A DNA stretch of 10,794 nt, from positions 1 to 10,794 of the forward strand of contig JBHLQM010000083.1 of the NCBI GenBank assembly GCA_048884785.1, read 5' to 3'. The position numbers were made by a program, and so were the translations under genes. This DNA is from Candidatus Thorarchaeota archaeon. GTDB lineage: Archaea; Asgardarchaeota; Thorarchaeia; Thorarchaeales; Thorarchaeaceae. Of this stretch, positions 1 through 7,444 are shown piece after piece (position 1 is the stretch's first letter; each line of letters begins with the position of its first letter). The notes beneath the pieces are model-generated. The model was not told the origin of the DNA and made no database searches. It saw nothing but the letters and a program-made list of their open reading frames with translations.

Positions 1-1574
1 GCAATTTCTTCCCTCTCTTCAGGACGTATCAACACGAGAGCGTTCATCTTATACGTCATCGGTTTGATGCTACTGCCGATATCACGGCTAAAGAAAGGTT
101 TCCCAATTCTACGACGATGTATAGCATAAATCAGAATTCCTATTGCGGTCCAACTGAAACCAAGGAGTCGGCCTATGGGATGGAAGATTACAACCAGCAA
201 CCAAATTGAAGAACAAGCTATTATACCCAGGAGGCTTGGGAGTGGAATATCATAGGACTTTTGCTTGATTGTAAGTTTGAAGGTGAATGGTACCTTCCAG
301 GAGCGATGTGCTTCCTTGTCCGTCTGTCGCAATACTATCAGAGATATATTGACCATCAGATAGGAGAGAAGGGCTCCAAAATTATACAAATCTGCAACCC
401 AATCGAGTTGACCTATGAGCGCCAGGAGCGCACCAATGGATCCAAATACTATGATGGTTCTCACTGGTGTTCTAGTCTTGGAGTTCACCTTTGAGAACCA
501 TTCTGGTAAGAGATCAAAATTACTCATTGAGAATACAACCCTTGAAACACCAATAATTCCAGTATTTGAGGATACCAAACAGATTGCAAAACCTGTAAAG
601 GCAACAATTGGCAAAAGTGTGACACCAACTCCTGCAATGGATCGAACCAAAGCTGAAATTGGATCTTCCAAACTCGCTCCGAGTGTAGACCAAGATATCA
701 TTCCAAGACTTATAGCAGATAGACCAACTGCAAATAATAGAACCGATACTATTGACATTTTAGTAGCACGGGGTATTGTTCTATCTGGTCTTTTTGTTTC
801 CTCCGCGGCTTGAGCTATCGATTCAATTCCGATAAAAGAACTCATAGCAAGTGTTACTGCATAGAAGAAATTCTGATCGCTATAGTCAGTACTCCAAATA
901 TAGGCGATATGACCAAATGAATCTGGCGCACCTCTTATTGTGATTTGCATACTAAATAGATCAAGGTTGAATGCAAGAAGTAGCCCTAACACCATTATTA
1001 TCGAAAGCACAATGATATTCAGAGCAACCATAGTCATATTGAGAGTAGAAGCTTCCTTTATGCCAACTATGTTGATTCCAATGAGAATGAGTACTATTAC
1101 AAATGCAACAAGACCTATTGCATTCACTACAATTTGTAAGCCTAATAACGAGAATGTGAAAGTGGTCAAGATGAGTACTGGAAAGAAGAAGGTTAAGTAA
1201 CCAACGGTGGCAATTGCAAAGAGTGCAGTACATACCGTATAATCAAGCATGACCAACCACCCTCCAAGAAAGCCCGCAAAATCGTTGAATGCCTTCATAG
1301 AGTAGACCTGCGCACCACCTGCATATGGGTAGGCAGTTGCTAGTTCAGCGTAAGCTAGACCAGTAGCTATGTATGTGATGGAAGCGATAATGAAGGCGAC
1401 TGGAGCCCAACCTGCCGCATATGCTGCGACAAGACCCAATGCCACATAAATATCTGCGCCAACATCAGCATAACCCATGGCGAAGGACCCAAACCAACCG
1501 ATGTCTCTTTTGAGGGCAACCTTTGATTGCTTTGTTGTGGTACCTTCATCAGTTGACAAGAACGAATCCTCCAT
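1..1574 (-). CDS. APC-superfamily amino acid permease (3' end outside window)
   Basis: Not in the ORF track, presumably because it has no stop inside the window. Manual minus-strand translation from ATG 1574 (alternative TTG 1559 after GGAGG) gives MEDSFLSTDEGTTTKQSKVALKRDIGWFGSFAMGYADVGADIYVALG...GLAYAELATAYPYAGGAQVYSMKAF, with the typical APC LKRxxG and YAELAxAxPxAGG motifs. The same frame reads ...HRRRIGKPFFSRDIGSSIKPMTYKMNALVLIRPEEREEI at the window edge. Confidence 0.93.
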   Translation of the reverse strand, partial: MEDSFLSTDEGTTTKQSKVALKRDIGWFGSFAMGYADVGADIYVALGLVAAYAAGWAPVAFIIASITYIATGLAYAELATAYPYAGGAQVYSMKAFNDFAGFLGGWLVMLDYTVCTALFAIATVGYLTFFFPVLILTTFTFSLLGLQIVVNAIGLVAFVIVLILIGINIVGIKEASTLNMTMVALNIIVLSIIMVLGLLLAFNLDLFSMQITIRGAPDSFGHIAYIWSTDYSDQNFFYAVTLAMSSFIGIESIAQAAEETKRPDRTIPRATKMSIVSVLLFAVGLSAISLGMISWSTLGASLEDPISALVRSIAGVGVTLLPIVAFTGFAICLVSSNTGIIGVSRVVFSMSNFDLLPEWFSKVNSKTRTPVRTIIVFGSIGALLALIGQLDWVADLYNFGALLSYLMVNISLIVLRQTDKEAHRSWKVPFTFKLTIKQKSYDIPLPSLLGIIACSSIWLLVVIFHPIGRLLGFSWTAIGILIYAIHRRRIGKPFFSRDIGSSIKPMTYKMNALVLIRPEEREEI

Positions 1575-1723
1575 CACTAAAAAATGTATAATTCAAGAAA
1601 TTCATTGAATTCTGCATAGTTCTTTCAAATTAATCCTCATTCTGTGACGATTACTTAATGCACATGACAACTTTGTAAATCTAATTCATTGTCTTTAAAA
1701 AATCCTCTATATCATCAAGGTAA

Positions 1724-3001
1724 TTATATCATTATCTTTGTTACCGTACGTATCTTTACCCTCTTGAGTACCCACCAGGCAACCGATGTGAACGAAATTG
1801 CCAAGATTCCTGATACCACCCATAAGAACCGCAGACTGCCGGAGTAGGTCCAAATGTATGCACCCACAGGTGCCGCCATCAATCCAGTGATGGAAATAGC
1901 TAATTGGTAGATACCAAGTGCCCTGCCTTTCATATTTGATGGAACACCATTGACTGTGAGAATAACTTCGGTTGCTATCCAAACTACAATGGGTGCCGCC
2001 CAGAGCATATTGAGAAGGATTAGAAGCCAAGCCTCTGAACCTAGACCAAGTGCGGTCATCACAACCGAGTTACCAGCCAAACTTATGACCAATCCAGATT
2101 TTGTCCTCTTTCCAGCAATGCCACTCAAGGTGTACATCATTGAGACAGATGCCAAGGAGAAGACACTCGAAGCTATCCCATATACCTCAAGACTGACACC
2201 CCATTCCCTAACGCTGAGAATTCCAATATACGGAATAGCCATTCCCCATGCTAAGTAATAGCCTACCATAGCAGCTGTAAACTTCCAGAAGGACCTTCCA
2301 AGGGATCTAAGAGTGTCAGTAATTTGCATCTTTGGCGCAGGTTCTGTAGCTTTGACGAGTGTTTCTTTTATTTGTGTAGCAGAAAATAACATGGCAAAGA
2401 CTGCTGCTAAAACTCCAATGAGGAGGAGCGATGGAAGGGCGAATCCAGAATATAGAAGTATAACAGCCAATATAGGACTAATCCCATCAACTACAAAAGA
2501 TGGCATTAGGACCATAGTCATCTTCCGTGTTGCGTCTGTTCCAGAATCTAGGTTTATTTCGTCAGCAGGTATTGCTCGAGATATTACAAGAACAAAACTC
2601 CAGCCAAACGACTGTAGACCGTAGGCAAAAAGCACCAAAGGCCATAGCGGGAAAAGAAACAGCAACAGAATCCCTGCAATCTGTGGAATGAATGATATCA
2701 CTAGAGAATTCTTTCTTCCAATTTTATCAGCCAATATACCTGAGAGAGGGTATCCTAGAAGAGCTGCAAGACTACCAACTGCAAATGTTAGGCCAATCTC
2801 GAAAGGTGGCAAAAAGGATTCTAGGGTTAGAGCAAATTGCCAAATCCAAATACTTACAGACAGTTGTGCGATTCCTGTCACTAAAGCAAGGCGCCAGAGA
2901 ACACTATTGAGGCTCAGAAAAGTTCGTCTTGTAGAGAGTCCACTTGATAGTATGGCCTCTTCTGATCGAACTAATTCCGGTGCAAGGCTCATAGCCGTCA
3001 A
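1724..3001 (-). CDS. MFS transporter
   Basis: 425 aa with about 12 hydrophobic segments and MFS motif A (GILADKIGRK), plus PSNMKGRALG in the C-terminal half. Start is TTG 3001 or ATG 2992. Confidence 0.9.
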   Translation of the reverse strand: MTAMSLAPELVRSEEAILSSGLSTRRTFLSLNSVLWRLALVTGIAQLSVSIWIWQFALTLESFLPPFEIGLTFAVGSLAALLGYPLSGILADKIGRKNSLVISFIPQIAGILLLFLFPLWPLVLFAYGLQSFGWSFVLVISRAIPADEINLDSGTDATRKMTMVLMPSFVVDGISPILAVILLYSGFALPSLLLIGVLAAVFAMLFSATQIKETLVKATEPAPKMQITDTLRSLGRSFWKFTAAMVGYYLAWGMAIPYIGILSVREWGVSLEVYGIASSVFSLASVSMMYTLSGIAGKRTKSGLVISLAGNSVVMTALGLGSEAWLLILLNMLWAAPIVVWIATEVILTVNGVPSNMKGRALGIYQLAISITGLMAAPVGAYIWTYSGSLRFLWVVSGILAISFTSVAWWVLKRVKIRTVTKIMI

Positions 3002-3132
3002 GCCTCATCATTTTTTTGAGTAACGCCTCGGGCTCAATCCTGTTCTATCGGCTTATAGCCTTGTCTAAGGAGGAAATGCGTTGTAGATACTTGTAGCACC
3101 ATTGTATGCATCCAGAATACAGTTTCTGCGAC

Positions 3133-3147
3133 TTGCTCTATATGCAA
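3133..3147. promoter_or_regulatory. Candidate operator TTGC-N7-GCAA
   Basis: TTGCTCTATATGCAA in the divergent MFS/hydrolase intergenic region; 11/15 identical to 6749-6763. Confidence 0.35.
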
Positions 3148-3243
3148 GGCGAGTTTGAAATAAAAATGAAGGAAATGTTACTTTACGAAGATAGAAACTG
3201 AGATATGTAAGCCGGAATTTTGCATATTATAGGTGAGTGTATC

Positions 3244-4077
3244 ATGAGATGCTCAATTCGGGATTGCAACATTTACTATGAAACATTTGGAGAAGGGACT
3301 CCTATCATCGGTCTCCATGGATCTACGCTCGATTTGAATTCAATGAAAGGGTGTATGGAACCCATCTTTAACAAAAGAAAGGGTTGGAAACGAATCTACT
3401 CTGATTTTCCAGGACATGGGAGAACTCCTGGTTCAGAGAGCATCAAGGGGTCAGATGATGTACTCCAAGTTCTACTTGATTTTATTGATAATGTAATTCC
3501 GGATACGCAGTTTGTTTTGGTTGGTCTATCTTTCGGTGGATATATCGCACAAGGAATTGCTCATTATATACCTGATAGAGTGGCTGGACTTCTTCTAATC
3601 GTTCCAAGGGTAATATCAAATCCAAGGCAGAGAAACCTCCCTAAGAAGAGTGTTCTGGCAAGGGAGAACGATTTCTTGAGTAAGCTTGATGCCCAGGAGC
3701 GAGCAGGATTCGAAGAAGTCACGGTCCTGCAGACAAAAAGTGTTTGGAATAGATATGTCAAGGAAATTAGTTCAGGTGTTCGTGTTGCAGATACAATGTT
3801 TTTGCAAAGACTTGATCCCGCAATTGACGCATTCTCCTTTGATGTGGATGAGGGGGCAGAGCAATTTGATAAGCCCACACTAATCTTGACAGGACGACAA
3901 GACCATATTGTAGGCTATCAAGATACATGGACAATTCTTGAGAGATACCCTCATGCAACATTCGCTGTGTTTGATAGAGCCGGGCACGCTTTGCAATTGG
4001 AGCAAGAAATTCTGTTCAATGCGTTAGTAGATGAGTGGTTAGATCGAGTAGAAAAATTCAAACCTGAGGCTACCTGA
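3244..4077 (+). CDS. alpha/beta fold hydrolase
   Basis: Motifs LHG, DFPGHGRT, nucleophile elbow GLSFGG, PTLILTGRQD and AGH. ATG 3244 is preferred over TTG 3220 because AGGTGA lies just upstream. Confidence 0.92.
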   Translation: MRCSIRDCNIYYETFGEGTPIIGLHGSTLDLNSMKGCMEPIFNKRKGWKRIYSDFPGHGRTPGSESIKGSDDVLQVLLDFIDNVIPDTQFVLVGLSFGGYIAQGIAHYIPDRVAGLLLIVPRVISNPRQRNLPKKSVLARENDFLSKLDAQERAGFEEVTVLQTKSVWNRYVKEISSGVRVADTMFLQRLDPAIDAFSFDVDEGAEQFDKPTLILTGRQDHIVGYQDTWTILERYPHATFAVFDRAGHALQLEQEILFNALVDEWLDRVEKFKPEAT

Positions 4078-4078
4078 G

Positions 4079-4624
4079 ATGGAGTATCAGTATTGCACAC
4101 GGTGTGGAAATGCGTTAGTTCCTGGTCATAACGAAGAATGGGATTTCAGGTGTTCAAAATGTGACAAGAAATACTACAACAATCCAGTACCAGTTGTTGC
4201 AGCTCTTGTATTCAAGGAAGAGAAGCTAGTCATCGTTAGCTCCAAGAACAAAGATCTTTGGGGGTTGCCAGGAGGGTTTGTTGAGGTTGGAGAATCCCTT
4301 GAAGATGCAATCGTTCGTGAAGTTGAGGAAGAAACCGGGTTGAATATCAATGTCATGAAGCTCTTAACATCGTATCCTTTGAAGAAGAATCAAACGGAAA
4401 TGGTGTTCATAGTTTTCATTACGGAGTGTCATGGTGGGATTCCCAAAGCTGGGGATGATGTAACAGAATTGATGATATTGGAACCGAGAGATGCCTACAA
4501 ACAACTCACAGGTAAGTTCGCCAAGAAAGCTGTAAAATTATGGTTGAGTAATCATTTGAAGGAGAAGCGATTTGATCCGGTTCAGTTGAAGAATAAAAGT
4601 AAGTGGGGCCAAGGGGGAAATTGA
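4079..4624 (+). CDS. NUDIX hydrolase with N-terminal zinc ribbon
   Basis: CTRC...CSKC zinc ribbon, YYNNP, and Nudix box GGFVEVGESLEDAIVREVEEETG. Starts 1 nt after the upstream stop. Confidence 0.92.
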   Translation: MEYQYCTRCGNALVPGHNEEWDFRCSKCDKKYYNNPVPVVAALVFKEEKLVIVSSKNKDLWGLPGGFVEVGESLEDAIVREVEEETGLNINVMKLLTSYPLKKNQTEMVFIVFITECHGGIPKAGDDVTELMILEPRDAYKQLTGKFAKKAVKLWLSNHLKEKRFDPVQLKNKSKWGQGGN

Positions 4625-4646
4625 ACCTCTGTCGGGGGAGCCACAA
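4604..4646 (-). repeat. Degenerate direct repeat of the tRNA-His 3' half (att-like scar / tRNA fragment)
   Basis: tggggccaagggggaaattgaacctctgtcgggggagccacaa versus tRNA 5656-5699 tggggcccagggggggaattgaacccccttcaagggagccacaa: about 36/44 identical by hand alignment, same orientation, spanning anticodon loop to CCA. Confidence 0.88.
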
Positions 4647-4649
4647 AAC

Positions 4650-4813
4650 TTCGTGTTTATTGTTTACACTGCCAAAGTTCAGAATGGAGACCAAAGGCTG
4701 GAGACGATATGAAAGAACTGATGATTCTAGATCCTATGAGCGCATACAACCAGCTCACAGGAAAATTCGCTCGGAAGGCAGTGGTCCTGTGGTTGAACAA
4801 TCTAAAGCACTAG
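4650..4813 (+). pseudogene. C-terminal fragment of a second NUDIX hydrolase homologue, 5'-truncated and frameshifted
   Basis: Reads FVFIVYTAKVQNG, then a 1-nt loss near 4689-4690, then PKAGDDMKELMILDPMSAYNQLTGKFARKAVVLWLNNLKH* (TAG 4811-4813). It aligns to MVFIVFITECHGGIPKAGDDVTELMILEPRDAYKQLTGKFAKKAVKLWLSN of the intact gene, 28/37 identical after the shift. Confidence 0.9.
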
Positions 4814-4856
4814 AGATTTATGATATATGTCGTAGATTGTCATCAGGTGAGACTCC

Positions 4857-5651
4857 GTGGACAATGAAGTTAGCAGTCACTTTGTCGAGGTCAATGGAAT
4901 ACGAATGCATTACGAAGAAACTGGAAATGGAACACCTCTTGTTTTACTTCATGGAGGTAATTTGAATGCCAACTTCAATTGGAAATCATACTATCCAATC
5001 TTCTCTCAGCACTTCAGAGTTATTGCACCGGATTCCAGAGGTCATGGAAAATCTAACAATCCAACAAAGGACTTTAGCTGCAGACTGATGTGTGATGATA
5101 TTGTGGCATTGATGAAGGAGTTAAAACTTGATAAACCGTTAGTTGTAGGTTACAGTGATGGAGGGCATATCGCGTTGGAGATTGGAATCGAATACCCTGA
5201 AACTGCTCGTGCAATTATTGCTGGGGGCGTTCTTGCTGAAATCTCTCAAGATTACATCGATTGTATGAGATCATGGGGAGTCAATGGTCCCGGAGATGTA
5301 GACTTTAACAAATACCAAGCAACCTTCCCAAGGATTGTACCTATTTTGGAGGAGATTCATTCGTCAGTATATGGTAGGGGCTACTGGAAAGAACTATTCA
5401 CTAACCTATCGAAGCTATGGATGGATCCTAATGAATTCCCAGGTGATAGAGTAAAGAAGATTTCAGTGCCAACTTTGATTTTGAACGGGGACCGTGATGA
5501 AATCGGTCCTCTGGATGACCCAATACGAATCTTCCGAATGATACCAAACGCTGAGCTATCGATAATCCCGAATGCTGATCACATGGCAGTCCTTTCACGA
5601 GTAGACATGTTTTCAAAAGTCATGCTAGATTTTCTAAAACGACATGAATGA
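4857..5651 (+). CDS. alpha/beta fold hydrolase
   Basis: Motifs LVLLHGG, DSRGHGKS, elbow GYSDGG, PTLILNGDRD and ADH. GTG start is preceded by AGGTGA. Confidence 0.92.
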   Translation: MDNEVSSHFVEVNGIRMHYEETGNGTPLVLLHGGNLNANFNWKSYYPIFSQHFRVIAPDSRGHGKSNNPTKDFSCRLMCDDIVALMKELKLDKPLVVGYSDGGHIALEIGIEYPETARAIIAGGVLAEISQDYIDCMRSWGVNGPGDVDFNKYQATFPRIVPILEEIHSSVYGRGYWKELFTNLSKLWMDPNEFPGDRVKKISVPTLILNGDRDEIGPLDDPIRIFRMIPNAELSIIPNADHMAVLSRVDMFSKVMLDFLKRHE

Positions 5652-5655
5652 GAAA

Positions 5656-5730
5656 TGGGGCCCAGGGGGGGAATTGAACCCCCTTCAAGGGAGCCACAAT
5701 CCCTTATCCTGCCGGTAGACGACCTAGGCC
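5656..5730 (-). tRNA. tRNA-His (GUG), intronless, with encoded G-1 and CCA
   Basis: Reverse complement: G GCCTAGG TC GTCT ACCGGCA GGAT A AGGGA TTGTGGC TCCCT TGAA GGGGG TTCAATT CCCCC CCTGGGC C CCA. This forms a full cloverleaf with anticodon GTG, discriminator C73 and G-1. Confidence 0.96.
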
Positions 5731-5799
5731 ATAGATTTTGTGGCATTTACTCGCTCTGAGATTTCAACTTATTAGCTTATCTCTAAAACATTAATGCAA

Positions 5800-6702
5800 T
5801 CAAGTCGTTTTGCGAAGATTTGGGATGACTTCAAGGGCAATCTGTTCTAACATTGGAATTTGTCTGGGATTAAAAAAGGGATAGAAAAATATCAGTTCAC
5901 TAATTCCAATTTCACGATACCGTTCGTATGTGTCAATGAACTGCTGTTCTGAAGAGAACACAGTTTCAGCCTCGGAGCCCCAAATCAGGAGCGATCGTCT
6001 AAGGGTTTTAGGATCTCGACCAATCTCCCTACAGAATTCATCTAATAACTTATTACGCCTCCGCGTAAGCTCAACGACAACTTCTGGGGGGTCTCCAAAC
6101 TCTCCTCCCACAGAATTCCAGCAATCACCATATGCTGCAGCAATCTTCAACATCGAGTTCCCAAGGGCGCCTATAGTCAGCGGCGGACGAGGCTGTTGAA
6201 CTGGAGGAGGATAGATAGTAGTATTTGATAACTTGTAGTATTTTCCATTGTAACTTGATACTCTTTGCTTTAGACATTGATCAATAATCTCAACTTGTTC
6301 ACGAAACCTAGCTACTCTCTCTGAAGGAAGCCAGTCCTCAATACCAATCATCAAATATGTGGGATCAATTGAACCAGGAGCACCAGCGCCAAGTCCTAGC
6401 TCCAGTCTACCGTTTGATATTTGATCTAGTGTCATTGCTTGACGTGCAAGCATTGCTGGATTCCGTAGGGGTATAGCCGAAACCAGTGTTCCGATTCTGA
6501 TAGAGGAAGTATGTGAAGCTAAAGCAGAGAGAAGTGTCCAAGACTCGAACCATGGAGCTGTCGGATTCGCAAAGTTTACAAAGTGATCTGCAACCCAAGC
6601 AGAATTAAAACCAAGTTCTTCTAAGCGTTTCCATCGTTTCAACTCATCTAACCACGGAGAATGTTGGAGAACGACTATTCCAAATCTAAACTCTAGACCC
6701 AA
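5800..6702 (-). CDS. LLM class (luciferase-like) flavin-dependent oxidoreductase
   Basis: Motifs GFNSAWVADHF, ESWTLLSALASHTSSIRIGTLV, RNPAMLARQAMTLDQISNGRLELGLGAG and PVQQPRPP. TTG start preceded by GAGG. Confidence 0.93.
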   Translation of the reverse strand: MGLEFRFGIVVLQHSPWLDELKRWKRLEELGFNSAWVADHFVNFANPTAPWFESWTLLSALASHTSSIRIGTLVSAIPLRNPAMLARQAMTLDQISNGRLELGLGAGAPGSIDPTYLMIGIEDWLPSERVARFREQVEIIDQCLKQRVSSYNGKYYKLSNTTIYPPPVQQPRPPLTIGALGNSMLKIAAAYGDCWNSVGGEFGDPPEVVVELTRRRNKLLDEFCREIGRDPKTLRRSLLIWGSEAETVFSSEQQFIDTYERYREIGISELIFFYPFFNPRQIPMLEQIALEVIPNLRKTT

Positions 6703-6748
6703 TATATATCCTCATTATCAACACAAACGCGTTTCAGATACTAAACTA

Positions 6749-6763
6749 TTGCTCATGAAGCAA
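6749..6763. promoter_or_regulatory. Candidate operator TTGC-N7-GCAA
   Basis: TTGCT-CATGA-AGCAA, a perfect 5-5-5 inverted repeat in the divergent LLM/membrane-protein intergenic region. Confidence 0.35.
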
Positions 6764-6821
6764 CAATTCTTAGGGAATATCCAAATATCAGTGATGTATT
6801 GTGTGAGGAGGAGAAATATTC

Positions 6822-7373
6822 ATGATGCGTATTATTACTGCATTGGAGAAGCATTCAAATATACGCAATCTTGTATTCGCAATCATTGCTAGTGCTGCTA
6901 CTATCCTGGCTATGTCGTATGGAACTAAAGTGCTAGTATACGACATCTATGGCGAATTTACTATGCCAGACACGCGAATTGCTTACACAATAGCAGAGCT
7001 AGAAGCAATCCTTTCTTCAATTGATTCAGAGGGATTGATTATCTGGTCTCAGATTCATCTACTAGATTATATTTTTCCGCTCACATACTTTTTTGCTCTA
7101 GCATTTGGAATATCATTGGAACTCAGAACTGCATATCCTGAGAGGGGTAAGTTGAAGTTACTCCTCCTCCTTCCTCTAGTTGGATGCCTCATGGACTATC
7201 TAGAGAATATTTTCGTCCTCTCCCAAGTTCTATCATACCCAAACCTCTCAGAGCCAATCATCATTTTGGCCAGTGCGTTTACAACAACAAAGTGGGTTTC
7301 GCTTGCACTTAGTTTCGTGATAATCTTAGGTTTGATTTTGGTTATCTTATACAAGAGAATCACATCACGATAG
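6822..7373 (+). CDS. Hypothetical 4-TM membrane protein
   Basis: 183 aa with four hydrophobic segments, an upstream GAGGAGG RBS, and motifs LDYIFPLTY and DYLEN. Confidence 0.8.
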   Translation: MMRIITALEKHSNIRNLVFAIIASAATILAMSYGTKVLVYDIYGEFTMPDTRIAYTIAELEAILSSIDSEGLIIWSQIHLLDYIFPLTYFFALAFGISLELRTAYPERGKLKLLLLLPLVGCLMDYLENIFVLSQVLSYPNLSEPIIILASAFTTTKWVSLALSFVIILGLILVILYKRITSR

Positions 7374-7444
7374 CAATCAACTCGAGAGCTCAGATAGACA
7401 TGAATTAATAGGTGTAGAGTGCGAGTCCGTTGGAGCTCCATCAG

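Noticed and set aside
261-1549. ORF-track ORFs at 261-494, 415-813, 940-1200, 961-1233 and 1367-1549
   Set aside because: They are antisense or out-of-frame shadows of the APC permease (minus, 1-1574).
3002-3243. A third tRNA-His fragment that would make a multi-cassette array
   Set aside because: Searching by eye for tggggcc, aattgaacc and gagccac found no match, so only one bounded cassette is supported in this window.
4604-4646. Functional split or trans-spliced tRNA 3' half, as in Nanoarchaeum or Caldivirga
   Set aside because: The T stem cannot pair properly, no complementary leader or BHB motif is evident, and an intact tRNA-His lies 1 kb away.
4603-4965. 120-aa plus-strand ORF, and the 4506-4694 minus ORF
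   Set aside because: They cross the tRNA scar and the NUDIX remnant in non-homologous frames, overlap real genes and show no recognisable motifs.
3244-5651. The two alpha/beta hydrolases as a tandem duplication
   Set aside because: They share only generic fold motifs and no evident nucleotide similarity.
7431-7440. TGGAGCTCCA palindrome over the putative aminotransferase RBS
   Set aside because: It is too short to form a stable hairpin and has no other support.
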